Of a stretch of 64,000 nt of DNA, positions 55,610-64,000 are shown piece after piece (within the stretch, counting starts at the first letter, position 1; every line of letters starts with the position of its first letter). The position numbers were made by a program, and so were the translations under genes. Source of the stretch: Bacteroidales bacterium (GTDB taxonomy: Bacteria; Bacteroidota; Bacteroidia; Bacteroidales; FEN-979). Location: the NCBI GenBank assembly GCA_023231005.1, contig JALNWG010000014.1:9007-73006 (forward strand), given 5' to 3'. Below the pieces are notes generated by a model. It saw nothing but the letters and a program-made list of their open reading frames with translations, made no database searches and was not told the DNA's origin.

Positions 55610-56137
55610 ATGGCACTTCTAAATTTAATCGAAAAAGATCAGGCAACAGGCCGAGTTGCAGAAATTTATGAAACCATGATCAAAAACATGGGTTTCATTC
55701 CGAATGCATTTAAGGTTTTCAGCCCCAGCGCTCATGTACTCGACACACAATTTAACAATCTGGGTTATTATATGCGACATAAGACCCTTGGTGGAAAATT
55801 GCTAGCTTTTATCCGGATGCTGGTTTCCGAGAATGAAAAATGTAAATACTGTGTAGGAATGAACGCCGGAATTTTATTCCAATATGGCGTTTTACCCGAT
55901 ATAATTGAACAGATTAAACAAGATCCATCAAAAGCACCATTGGAAGAAAAAGAATTGGCCATGCTGCTTTTTGTTCTTCGTGTGGTGAAAGACTCCAATT
56001 CAATTAAACAGAAAGATGTAGATAAGCTCCGGAACCTTGGCTGGACTGATACGGAAATACTTGAAGCTACTTACCATGGCACTACCCAGGTAGGGGTTGA
56101 CAAAATCTTTAATGCATTCCAGATCGAAACGGATTAG
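55610..56137 (+). CDS. carboxymuconolactone decarboxylase (AhpD-like) family protein
   Basis: CKYCVGMN CxxC motif in a ~175 aa helical protein. Confidence 0.6.
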   Translation: MALLNLIEKDQATGRVAEIYETMIKNMGFIPNAFKVFSPSAHVLDTQFNNLGYYMRHKTLGGKLLAFIRMLVSENEKCKYCVGMNAGILFQYGVLPDIIEQIKQDPSKAPLEEKELAMLLFVLRVVKDSNSIKQKDVDKLRNLGWTDTEILEATYHGTTQVGVDKIFNAFQIETD

Positions 56138-56200
56138 TAATTGTACCAATGCTTTGTCGGTTCCCGATGGCGTGGATGACCAGAAAAGGGTGGCATACTT

Positions 56201-56845
56201 TCATTTGATTAAGTCATCTAACGTGGGAACCATGGGTACCCCAAGTTTGTTTAATCGTGCTTTGCTGTGATGCCCGTTGGTAACGAGAACACAGTCGATG
56301 CCCAGTTCACCTGCAACTTCAGCATCATGCCGGGTATCACCAATAAAGAGAATGTTCTCTTTCGGCGCTTTGATCTTTGAGATAAGAAGTAAACCAGTCT
56401 CCGATTTCCCATGTGCGTAATGATCATCCAGTCCGCAGATATCTTCAAAATACCCGAAAACGCCCAGCGACTTTGTCTCAGAGATCAATTCATTGTGTTC
56501 CCTGGCAGATAAAATATATTGAGTATATCCTTTGGACTTAAAAAAGGATAACACGGCTGGGACCTCCGGAAACAAACTGAATTCCTTGTATCTTAGATTA
56601 TATCGCCGGATATAGTCCATTCCCACTACATCGAATGGAACCTGATTAAAATCATATCCCAGTTTTTCATAATAATCCTTTACCGGAAAATCGAATACCT
56701 GTTGATATTCCTCAATGGTCCGCAAAGGCAAACCATATTCTTTTAACATGCCATTCATCACATCAACACAAAGCCAAACATCATCAAGTAAAGTGCCATT
56801 CCAATCCCAGATAAGGTGGGTATATTTCTTAACATCGATCATCAT
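56201..56845 (-). CDS. HAD-superfamily hydrolase (phosphoglycolate phosphatase-like)
   Basis: DWNGTLLDD (DxD-type motif I) and GDTRHD motif IV. Confidence 0.8.
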   Translation of the reverse strand: MMIDVKKYTHLIWDWNGTLLDDVWLCVDVMNGMLKEYGLPLRTIEEYQQVFDFPVKDYYEKLGYDFNQVPFDVVGMDYIRRYNLRYKEFSLFPEVPAVLSFFKSKGYTQYILSAREHNELISETKSLGVFGYFEDICGLDDHYAHGKSETGLLLISKIKAPKENILFIGDTRHDAEVAGELGIDCVLVTNGHHSKARLNKLGVPMVPTLDDLIK

Positions 56846-56889
56846 TATTCAGTAATTTAGCCGTTCAAAATTAGCTAAAAAAACATCCT

Positions 56890-57807
56890 GTGGAACATCT
56901 CGATAATTGTACCTATTGCCCACATAATTGTCATGTAAACAGGCATAATGAAAGAAAAGGGTTTTGTAAAACTGACGACTCGTTCAACATTGCTTCCATC
57001 TGCATTCATACCGGAGAAGAACCACCCATAAGCGGTCCCAAGGGTATATGCAATGTTTTTTTTACCAACTGCAATCTTCAATGTATCTATTGCCAGAATT
57101 ATCAGATCAGCGACAACACCATCGACCGAAGCCACACAAAAATGACACTTCCCGATGTGGTTTCCCGGATTACAAGTTTACTCAACCAGGAGATCACCCA
57201 TGTCGGGTTTGTATCTCCGTCCCATTGTATTCCACAAATGAAAGCCATCATCAAGGAGATCAATAACCAGGGATATCATCCGGTTTGGGTATATAATACC
57301 AATGGTTATGATAAAGTGGAAACGCTGAAAAGTCTTGAAGGGATTATCGATGTTTACCTTCCTGATTTGAAGTACCTTGAATCGAATCTTTCTGCTGAAT
57401 ATTCGCGGGTTCCAAATTATCCTGAAGTGGCTGCCAAAGCGCTGAAAGAGATGTTCCGGCAAAAGGGATCATCCCTGATCCTTGATGATGAAGATAAAGC
57501 TATTTCTGGGATCATTGTGCGTCATCTGGTATTACCAGGATACACTGAAAACAGCTTGAATGTTATCCGGTTCCTGGCAACTGAATTATCGCCGAAAATT
57601 CATGTCTCACTCATGTCGCAATATTTCCCGACCCCAAAAGTCTGCCATCATCCTTTCCTTGGATCCAGGCTGGATAAAACCGAATTCGAAAAAGTTGTGA
57701 AGGAGATGGAAAAATTGGGTATAGACAATGGCTGGATACAGGAATTTGAAAGCAGTGATCTTTACCAGCCTGATTTCAAAAAAGATCATCCTTTCGAACA
57801 AAAATGA
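56890..57807 (+). CDS. PflX-type radical SAM protein (COG1313-like)
   Basis: CNLQCIYC (CX3CX2C) plus N-terminal CTYCPHNC..GFC Cys cluster. GTG start, with an in-frame stop 5 codons upstream. Confidence 0.7.
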   Translation: MEHLDNCTYCPHNCHVNRHNERKGFCKTDDSFNIASICIHTGEEPPISGPKGICNVFFTNCNLQCIYCQNYQISDNTIDRSHTKMTLPDVVSRITSLLNQEITHVGFVSPSHCIPQMKAIIKEINNQGYHPVWVYNTNGYDKVETLKSLEGIIDVYLPDLKYLESNLSAEYSRVPNYPEVAAKALKEMFRQKGSSLILDDEDKAISGIIVRHLVLPGYTENSLNVIRFLATELSPKIHVSLMSQYFPTPKVCHHPFLGSRLDKTEFEKVVKEMEKLGIDNGWIQEFESSDLYQPDFKKDHPFEQK

Positions 57808-57924
57808 CCATTCATCGTTTAATTTTCCTAAGTCAAAGAATTTTTTTGCCCCATTCAAACTCTATTCCTAATTTTGTCATTAAAATATTTCACTTTTAAC
57901 TTTTCACTAAATCCTATACTTTTC

Positions 57925-59130
57925 ATGAAAAAATCATTCTCTCTTCTGTTAACCTTTCTGTTTCTGGCTGGTAGCGTTGTTTTTGCCCAGAACAAAGAAA
58001 AAAAATCAGACTCCGGGTATATTTTTACAGTAGTTAAACAACTTCCGGCAACCTCCATCAAAAATCAGTTTCGCTCAAGCACCTGTTGGAGCTATTCAAC
58101 CATTTCGTTTTTGGAATCAGAGCTTCTTCGCATGGGGAAAGACACCTTTGATCTTTCCGATATGTTTCCCGTACACAAGGCCTATCCTGAAAAAGCCATC
58201 ATGTATGTCCGTTTCAATGGAAAACACAATTTTGGTCCCGGCGGCGCGGCGCATGATGTAATCAGCATGATGAAAAAGTATGGAATGACTCCCGAATCGG
58301 CTTATTCCGGTAATGTGATCGGTGAGGTGAACCCGGTTCATGGAGAAATGGATGCCGTATTGATTGCAGATGTTGATGCCGTGATAAAAAATCCAAATAA
58401 AAAACTAACCCCTGTATGGTTGAAAGGATTTAATGGTTTGGTGGATGCTTACCTTGGTCAAATTCCTGAGAAATTCAATTATAAGGGAAAAGAATATACC
58501 CCAAAATCTTTTGGCGATATGCTCGGACTGAACCTCGATGATTATGTGGAAATTACATCTTATAACCATCATCCGTTCTATTCGAAATTTGTCATCGAAA
58601 TTCCGGATAACTGGGAAATGGGAGAGGTTTATAATGTTCCCCTGGAAGATTTGATCCGGATTATCGACAATTCTATTATGAATGGTTATACAGTAGCCTG
58701 GGGAGCTGATGTCAGTGAAAAAGGATTCGCATGGAAAAAAGGGGTGGCCATTGTTCCCGATAAAAATGCTCCTGAAATTTCCGGTACCGATAAAGACCGT
58801 TGGACAAAGATGAGCGACACCGAGAAGGAGAAGTTGTTGTTTACTTTCGACAAACCGGTCCCCGAAAAGAACATTACCCAAGAGATGAGGCAAACCGAAT
58901 TCGATAACTATCAAACTACCGACGATCATGGTCTTCATCTTACCGGAATTGCAAAAGATCAGAATGGCAATAAATACTATATTGTTAAAAATTCCTGGGG
59001 AACTGAAAATAGCCCTTACAACGGATACATTTATGTTTCCGAACCATATATAAAGCTGAAAACCATGGACTTGATGGTTAACAAAAATTCTATTCCAGCT
59101 GATATCCGAAAAAAATTAGGTATTAATTAA
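57925..59130 (+). CDS. pepC: aminopeptidase C / bleomycin hydrolase (C1B cysteine peptidase)
   Basis: NQFRSSTCWSYS active-site Cys block and VKNSWG. Start trimmed to MKKSFSLLL (ATG at 57925), which gives a signal peptide. Confidence 0.85.
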   Translation: MKKSFSLLLTFLFLAGSVVFAQNKEKKSDSGYIFTVVKQLPATSIKNQFRSSTCWSYSTISFLESELLRMGKDTFDLSDMFPVHKAYPEKAIMYVRFNGKHNFGPGGAAHDVISMMKKYGMTPESAYSGNVIGEVNPVHGEMDAVLIADVDAVIKNPNKKLTPVWLKGFNGLVDAYLGQIPEKFNYKGKEYTPKSFGDMLGLNLDDYVEITSYNHHPFYSKFVIEIPDNWEMGEVYNVPLEDLIRIIDNSIMNGYTVAWGADVSEKGFAWKKGVAIVPDKNAPEISGTDKDRWTKMSDTEKEKLLFTFDKPVPEKNITQEMRQTEFDNYQTTDDHGLHLTGIAKDQNGNKYYIVKNSWGTENSPYNGYIYVSEPYIKLKTMDLMVNKNSIPADIRKKLGIN

Positions 59131-59803
59131 TCCAGGTTCCCTTTTTTGTTGGGTAGGCCAAAGCCAGTTCAAGTAGATTAAGGTACTCCTTGCGGGGTGT
59201 TAATTTGGCTCCTAAGTTCATAAGGTGGTTTGTTTCAACCTGACAATCAACGAACTGGAATTTATTTTGTCGGCAAAATTTAATCAGGTAATAAAAAGCC
59301 ACTTTGGATGCATTACTTATGGTGAAAAACATACTTTCACCGAAAAAAGCAGCGCCTAAGGATACTCCATAAAGTCCCCCAACGAGTTTATCCTGATAGA
59401 AGGTTTCAACGGAATGAGCAATACCATGATGATGGATGGCCAGGTATCCTTCGATAAATTCATCGCTAATCCAGGTTCCTTCCTGTTCAGGACGTTCAAC
59501 CTGTGCGCATTTCCGGATGACCTGTTCAAAAACCGTATCAAACTTTACTTTGAATTGACCAGACTTGATAGTTCGTTCCAGCGATCGGGAACATTTAAAA
59601 TTCTCCGGAAATAGCACGAGCCGTGGATCCGGCGAATACCAATAAACATCCTCCTCTTCCTTAAACCAGGGAAAAATACCATGGGAATAAGCCTGAAGCA
59701 ATCTTTCAGCCGACAAATCTCCGCCAATAGCAACCAATCCATCTGGTTCTGCTTCATCCACCGGTGGAAACACGGGTTCTTCAGGTAAAAGATAAACAGT
59801 CAT
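59123..59803 (-). CDS. aat: leucyl/phenylalanyl-tRNA--protein transferase
   Basis: LLQAYSHGIFPW and GESMF motifs. ~226 aa. Confidence 0.85.
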   Translation of the reverse strand: MTVYLLPEEPVFPPVDEAEPDGLVAIGGDLSAERLLQAYSHGIFPWFKEEEDVYWYSPDPRLVLFPENFKCSRSLERTIKSGQFKVKFDTVFEQVIRKCAQVERPEQEGTWISDEFIEGYLAIHHHGIAHSVETFYQDKLVGGLYGVSLGAAFFGESMFFTISNASKVAFYYLIKFCRQNKFQFVDCQVETNHLMNLGAKLTPRKEYLNLLELALAYPTKKGTWIN

Positions 59804-59895
59804 TGCAATTATTGATTGTAGATATTAAGGTTTTGCATTTTTCGAACATCCTCATCCTTCATGTCGCGATCTGTCTTGAGCGAAGCAACTCGGCT

Positions 59896-61080
59896 TCACA
59901 GTGAATCTAAAGCATATATAATTCTGCGGCAAGCCTGATCTATTTCATCCGGAGTGATCGTAAGGGGAGGAGCAATCCTAAAAGTAGCTGGTTTGAACAT
60001 ATACCAGTCGATGACTATTCCCTCTTGAAGACATGCTTTCATGAAAAGTTCACGTTTCGCAGGATCTGCTAGATCAATACCGAATGCCAAGCCGGCACGA
60101 CGAATCTCTCCAAGAGCGCGATGACCGGTAAGTGTTTCCTGGATCTTTCGGCCTTTTTCTTCAGCAGCAGGAATAAGGTTGTCGGAAAGTAACACATCCA
60201 GGCCGGCCAAAGCCGCTGCACAACTCACCGGATGCCCACCAAACGTAGTAATATGACCTAATTCCGGATTGAATGCCAGAGTATCCATGATCTCTTTTGA
60301 AGCAATGAATGCACCCAAAGGCATCCCTGCTCCAAGTGCTTTGGCAAGAACTAAAATGTCAGGGACAAAATCATAATGTTCAAAACTAAATAGTTTGCTC
60401 GTCCTTCCCATGCCCATCTGAACATCATCCACAATGATCAGAGTGCCATTTTGAGCACATTTGTTTTTTAATTGGTATAGATAATTTTTCTCAATAGGAA
60501 TGATCCCAGCCTCGGCCTGTACAAGTTCAATTACGACACATGCTGTACGAGATGATATTTTCTCAAGATGACGAGTGTTATTATACTTAATTATACTGAC
60601 ATCGGGGAGGAGCGGACGAAATGCGTTTTTCAAGGTTTCATTACCCAGAATGCTCAAAGCACCATGTGTACTTCCATGATAGGCATTAACAAAAGAGACG
60701 ATCTCCGTACGTCCGGTATATCGTTTGGCAAGTTTCAGCGCCCCTTCAATGGCCTCACTTCCGGAATTAACAAAATAGGTAGAATTGAGCTTTTCCGGAA
60801 GCAAGCTGGCTAATTTCTGAGCTAGTTTTACCTGCGGAGTTTGAATATACTCACCGTATACATTCAGGTGCAGATATTGGTCGATTTGCTCACGGATGGC
60901 TTCGAGTACCTTGGGATGACGATTGCCAATGTTGGACACCGTGATCCCCGAGACCATATCAAAATATTTTTTCCCTTCCCGGTCAAAAAGATAAAGGCCT
61001 TCGGCTTTTACTATTTCCAGGCCGACAGGAGTGAAGGAGGGCAATCCAAGATATCTGTAAAATAATTCCCGGTTAGTCAT
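59896..61080 (-). CDS. class III PLP-dependent aminotransferase (acetylornithine/ornithine aminotransferase-like)
   Basis: DDVQMGMGRTSKLF...PDILVLAKALGAG with the PLP lysine, and SGSEAIEGALK. Confidence 0.8.
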   Translation of the reverse strand: MTNRELFYRYLGLPSFTPVGLEIVKAEGLYLFDREGKKYFDMVSGITVSNIGNRHPKVLEAIREQIDQYLHLNVYGEYIQTPQVKLAQKLASLLPEKLNSTYFVNSGSEAIEGALKLAKRYTGRTEIVSFVNAYHGSTHGALSILGNETLKNAFRPLLPDVSIIKYNNTRHLEKISSRTACVVIELVQAEAGIIPIEKNYLYQLKNKCAQNGTLIIVDDVQMGMGRTSKLFSFEHYDFVPDILVLAKALGAGMPLGAFIASKEIMDTLAFNPELGHITTFGGHPVSCAAALAGLDVLLSDNLIPAAEEKGRKIQETLTGHRALGEIRRAGLAFGIDLADPAKRELFMKACLQEGIVIDWYMFKPATFRIAPPLTITPDEIDQACRRIIYALDSL

Positions 61081-61163
61081 AGTTATTTTATTGCACGAAG
61101 ATACTAAAGGTTTTTAACCCAAATTTTATAATTTCGCCATTTCACTAATAGGTTATTATTTGT

Positions 61164-61958
61164 ATGAAAGATAAAGTCATCATCATCACAGGTGCTTCCT
61201 CCGGAATCGGAAAAGCGCTGGCGTTGGAATGTGCAAGACAGGGAGCTCGTTTGGCATTGGCTTCACGTTCACCGATTAAGCATCAGGAACTTCTGCCATT
61301 TTCTGAAAATATTTTATACATTCCAACAGATGTCACCCGGGAAGAAGATTGCAAAGTTTTGATTGAAAAAACCATTGAGCGGTTCGGTCATCTTGATATT
61401 CTGTTCAACAATGCGGGAATTTCAATGCGTGCGTTGTTTATCGAATTGGATCTTCAGGTAATCCGTCGCTTGATGGATACCAATTTTTGGGGAACGGTTT
61501 ATTGTACAAAGTACGCTTTGCCTTATCTGCTTCAATCAAAGGGATCACTTGTTGGAGTTTCATCCATTGCCGGCTATAAGGGGTTACCGGGCCGGACAGG
61601 TTATTCTGCCTCAAAGTTCGCCATGCAGGGATTTCTTGAAGTCATCCGGATCGAAAATATCAAAAAAGGGTTGCATGTCCTCATTGCCTGTCCGGGATTC
61701 ACATCCTCCAATATCCGAAATGTAGCATTATCGAAAGATGGAACAACACAAGGAGAAACTCCATTGGACGAAAGTAAACTCATGCCTGCCGGAACCGTTG
61801 CAAAACATATCATTTCGGGTGTAAAACGAAGAAAAGATCGGATTATCCTTACAACCGAGGGAAAATTGACCGTCCTTCTGAATAAATTTTTCCCTAAAAT
61901 GATGGATAAAATTGTGTACAACCACATGGCCAAAGAGCCCAACTCTCCGTTCAAATAA
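61164..61958 (+). CDS. SDR family oxidoreductase
   Basis: TGASSGIGKA, NNAG, YSASK. Confidence 0.85.
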   Translation: MKDKVIIITGASSGIGKALALECARQGARLALASRSPIKHQELLPFSENILYIPTDVTREEDCKVLIEKTIERFGHLDILFNNAGISMRALFIELDLQVIRRLMDTNFWGTVYCTKYALPYLLQSKGSLVGVSSIAGYKGLPGRTGYSASKFAMQGFLEVIRIENIKKGLHVLIACPGFTSSNIRNVALSKDGTTQGETPLDESKLMPAGTVAKHIISGVKRRKDRIILTTEGKLTVLLNKFFPKMMDKIVYNHMAKEPNSPFK

Positions 61959-61981
61959 ATCGTATTGCTCTTCAACGCCAC

Positions 61982-62890
61982 CTAACGATTTCTCGGATGG
62001 AACTGTATAATTGCACTCCTGAGGTATTCTCTATCCAGATGGGTATATATCTCGGTTGTGGTGATAGATTCATGCCCAAGCATCTCCTGAACTGCCCGTA
62101 AATCAGCGCCTCCCTCAACCAAATGAGTGGCAAAGGAGTGGCGAAAAGTATGCGGACTTATCCTCTTTTTCAATCCAGCAACAACAGCAAGTTTTTTGAT
62201 GATGGTAAATACCATCACCCGCGTTAGTCCATGTCCTAACCTGTTAAGAAATAAAACATCTTCCTGGCCTTTTTGTACTTCAACATGACTTCGAATGGTA
62301 GAAAGATAATAGGTAATTTCCTTTTGTGCGACACTTCCTATAGGAACCAGTCGCTCTTTGTCGCCCTTTCCGGTCACTTTAATAAAACCTGAATGGAACG
62401 ACAGGTTGGATATTTTCAAATTGATCAGTTCGGAAACACGAAGTCCACATCCGTAAAGAGTTTCCAGCATCGCTTTATTGCGTTTGCCTTCCGGGGTGCT
62501 GAGATCAATTCGGTCGATCAGTTGATTGATCTCATCCACACTCAGAATAACCGGCAATTTCCTTCCTGGCTTAGGTGAATCCAACAATTCTGTGGGATCT
62601 TTCCGTACTACATCTTCAAGTAGCAAGTACCTGTAAAATGCTTTCAACCCTGAAATTATCCTTGCCTGACTGCGTGAGGTCATACCCAACTCCGTAATCC
62701 ATCTTAAAAATCCCTGCAAATGTGATAGTTCAATCTTTGTTGGACCTTCCGAAAATCCGATAGTTTCAAGATATTGTGTTAATTTCACAACATCATGCAA
62801 ATAAGCCTCAACCGAATTTTCCGAGAGCGACTTTTCCAACTGCAAATGGCCTTTAAATCCTTGAAGATAGGAGTTCCAAATTGACATCAT
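61982..62890 (-). CDS. xerD: site-specific tyrosine recombinase XerD/XerC type
   Basis: HTFRHSFATHLVEGGADLRAVQEMLGHESITTTEIYTHL catalytic box. ~300 aa. No flanking phage or IS genes. Confidence 0.8.
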   Translation of the reverse strand: MMSIWNSYLQGFKGHLQLEKSLSENSVEAYLHDVVKLTQYLETIGFSEGPTKIELSHLQGFLRWITELGMTSRSQARIISGLKAFYRYLLLEDVVRKDPTELLDSPKPGRKLPVILSVDEINQLIDRIDLSTPEGKRNKAMLETLYGCGLRVSELINLKISNLSFHSGFIKVTGKGDKERLVPIGSVAQKEITYYLSTIRSHVEVQKGQEDVLFLNRLGHGLTRVMVFTIIKKLAVVAGLKKRISPHTFRHSFATHLVEGGADLRAVQEMLGHESITTTEIYTHLDREYLRSAIIQFHPRNR

Positions 62891-62946
62891 CTGAAAATGA
62901 ACAAACTATAACAAAACCAATTCGGAAATAAAAGTAGGAAAATATT

Positions 62947-62977
62947 TTTGTTTTTTAGGCGAATTAGTTTAATTTTG
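62947..62977 (+). promoter_or_regulatory. Bacteroidota-type promoter upstream of rpmG
   Basis: TTTG at 62947-62950 and TAATTTTG (TAnnTTTG) at 62970-62977, separated by 19 nt. The -7 box ends 25 nt before the rpmG ATG. Confidence 0.5.
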
Positions 62978-63002
62978 CAGTCCCGAAAAACAAAGTAATA
63001 AG

Positions 63003-63191
63003 ATGGCAAAAAAGAGCAAAGACCAGCGGATACAGGTAATCCTGGAATGTACCGAACAAAAAACAAGTGGTATTCCTGGTATTTCGAGGTATATTACTAC
63101 GAAAAACAAGAAAAATACCCCTGAAAGGATTGAACTAAAAAAGTACAACTCCTACCTTAAAAAAGTGACTGTTCACAAAGAAATTAAATAA
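63003..63191 (+). CDS. rpmG: 50S ribosomal protein L33
   Basis: 62 aa. [10 protein letters not shown]...[29 protein letters not shown] is a typical L33. Confidence 0.9.
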   Translation: MAKKSKDQRIQVILECTEQKTSGIPGISRYITTKNKKNTPERIELKKYNSYLKKVTVHKEIK

Positions 63192-63199
63192 TTTAAGAT

Positions 63200-63361
63200 A
63201 TGGCAAAGAAAGTAGTTGCTTCATTTAAAGCTACCTCCGGTAAAGATTTCACAAAAGTAATCCGGATGGTAAAATCTAAGAAATCAAGCGCTTTTGTTTT
63301 TAAAGAAACTATCGTACCCAACGACATGATTAAAGATTTCCTATCAACCAAGGAAAACTAG
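63200..63361 (+). CDS. small basic protein (DUF4295-like) that follows rpmG in Bacteroidota
   Basis: ATG at 63200, TAG at 63359-63361, 53 aa: MAKKVVASFKATSGKDFTKVIRMVKSKKSSAFVFKETIVPNDMIKDFLSTKEN. Too short for the supplied ORF track. Confidence 0.65.
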   Translation: MAKKVVASFKATSGKDFTKVIRMVKSKKSSAFVFKETIVPNDMIKDFLSTKEN

Positions 63362-63382
63362 TTTATCATTGATACTTTATGA

Positions 63383-63416
63383 AAAGCTTTTTTCCAAGGA
63401 AGAAAGCTTTTTTTTA
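63383..63416 (+). terminator. rho-independent terminator after rpmG and the small basic protein
   Basis: AAAGCTTTTTTCC / GGAAGAAAGCTTT forms a 13-bp stem (one G-U) with a very short loop, followed by a run of Ts. Confidence 0.55.
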
Positions 63417-63433
63417 TATATCAGAAGTTGCTT

Positions 63434-64000
63434 ATGGGCCTTTTCAATATTTTTTCCAGAGATAGAAAAGAAAGGTTGGATCAGGGTCTTCAAAAGACCA
63501 AATCCAATATCTTTTCACGTATTTCTAAAGCCATTGTCGGAAAATCCACCATCGACGATGAAGTTCTCGATAATCTGGAAGAAATTCTCGTCACCTCCGA
63601 TGTGGGAGTAGAAACGACCCTCAGGATCATCGACCGTATTCAGAAGCGGGCTGCTTCAGATAAATACCTTGGAACTTCTGAATTAAATAATCTCCTGAAA
63701 GAAGAGATTGCCGCATTATTACAGGAAAACAACATTCATGATGCTGATGGATTTTCACTCCCCGCATCTCAACCTCCTTATGTAATCATGGTGGTAGGAG
63801 TGAACGGAGTTGGAAAAACTACCACCATTGGAAAATTGGCATATCAGTTTAAAAAATCCGGTAAATCTGTTTTATTGGGCGCTGCAGATACTTTCCGTGC
63901 CGCTGCCGTAGAACAACTTACCATCTGGGCTCAACGTGTCGGTGTCCCGATAATCGACCAAGGTATGGGAGCCGATCCTGCCTCAGTTGCTTACGATACC
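63434..64000 (+). CDS. ftsY: signal recognition particle receptor FtsY (5' partial, runs off the right edge)
   Basis: MGLFNIFS..LEEILVTSDVGVETT..VVGVNGVGKTTTIGKLA..LLGAADTFRAAAVEQL (SRP GTPase G1 motif). In frame through 64000. Confidence 0.9.
   Translation, partial: MGLFNIFSRDRKERLDQGLQKTKSNIFSRISKAIVGKSTIDDEVLDNLEEILVTSDVGVETTLRIIDRIQKRAASDKYLGTSELNNLLKEEIAALLQENNIHDADGFSLPASQPPYVIMVVGVNGVGKTTTIGKLAYQFKKSGKSVLLGAADTFRAAAVEQLTIWAQRVGVPIIDQGMGADPASVAYDT

Noticed and set aside
56875-57135. 86-aa minus-strand ORF overlapping the start of the PflX-type radical SAM gene
   Set aside because: It is antisense to a region carrying the conserved Cys motifs of the radical SAM protein and has no motif of its own.
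61982-62890. Tyrosine recombinase considered as a marker of a mobile element or prophage
   Set aside because: Its size and catalytic box fit housekeeping XerD/XerC. It is flanked by an SDR gene and ribosomal protein genes, with no repeats, phage or transposase genes.
63369-63611. 80-aa plus-strand ORF in the ftsY region
   Set aside because: It is in a different frame from the ORF starting at 63434, which encodes an unmistakable FtsY (GVNGVGKTTT). It also spans the terminator hairpin.
1-64000. Search for CRISPR arrays, IS elements, rRNA, toxin-antitoxin or recognisable defence systems
   Set aside because: I saw no periodic repeat-spacer structure, no transposase or integrase beyond XerD, no rRNA-like sequence, and no small adjacent toxin/antitoxin-like pairs or defence-type nuclease or ATPase genes.

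Overview
The window looks like a Bacteroidota chromosome. It is AT-rich, has TAnnTTTG-type -7 boxes, carries many lipoprotein-signal glycoside hydrolases, and ends in the rpmG / small basic protein / ftsY arrangement. Almost everything from 1 to 43457 is on the minus strand. (1) 1-28871 is one very tightly packed operon of 34 complete genes, and it continues past the left edge. It is a flexirubin / aryl-polyene-type pigment-lipid cluster. It contains an MIO ammonia-lyase, FabG, five Cys-containing ketosynthases, three Cys-less KS partners and three ACPs. It also has four hotdog dehydratases or thioesterases, an LpxL-like acyltransferase, a LolA-like protein, a lipoprotein, a NodB deacetylase and an ABC-2 exporter. 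Non-standard extras are two B12-binding radical SAM enzymes and a FabH-like enzyme that appears to lack the His/Asn of the triad, sitting beside two crotonases and a 3-hydroxyacyl-CoA dehydrogenase. Further extras are a secreted CxxCH haem-binding protein and a tandemly duplicated pair of HTH-like small protein plus BtrH_N-like Cys protein. (2) tRNA-Arg(ACG) lies at 28992-29065. (3) 29426-43457 is a seven-gene operon: GH2 beta-mannosidase, GH92 alpha-mannosidase, M64 peptidase, glycyl-radical activase, glycyl-radical enzyme, FucP-like MFS transporter and a transglutaminase-core lipoprotein. An eliminase-type glycyl radical enzyme inside a glycoprotein or mannoside degradation operon is the most unusual system here. 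(4) 43.5-64 kb holds carbohydrate and housekeeping genes: galK, PPK2, galM, M23 peptidase, SSS transporter, ogt, DUF2961/GH172, a GH63-like hydrolase, a PflX-type radical SAM, pepC, aat, an aminotransferase, an SDR, xerD, rpmG and partial ftsY. I saw no CRISPR array, IS element, prophage or rRNA. All functional calls come from motifs read by eye in the supplied translations. No database search was run.
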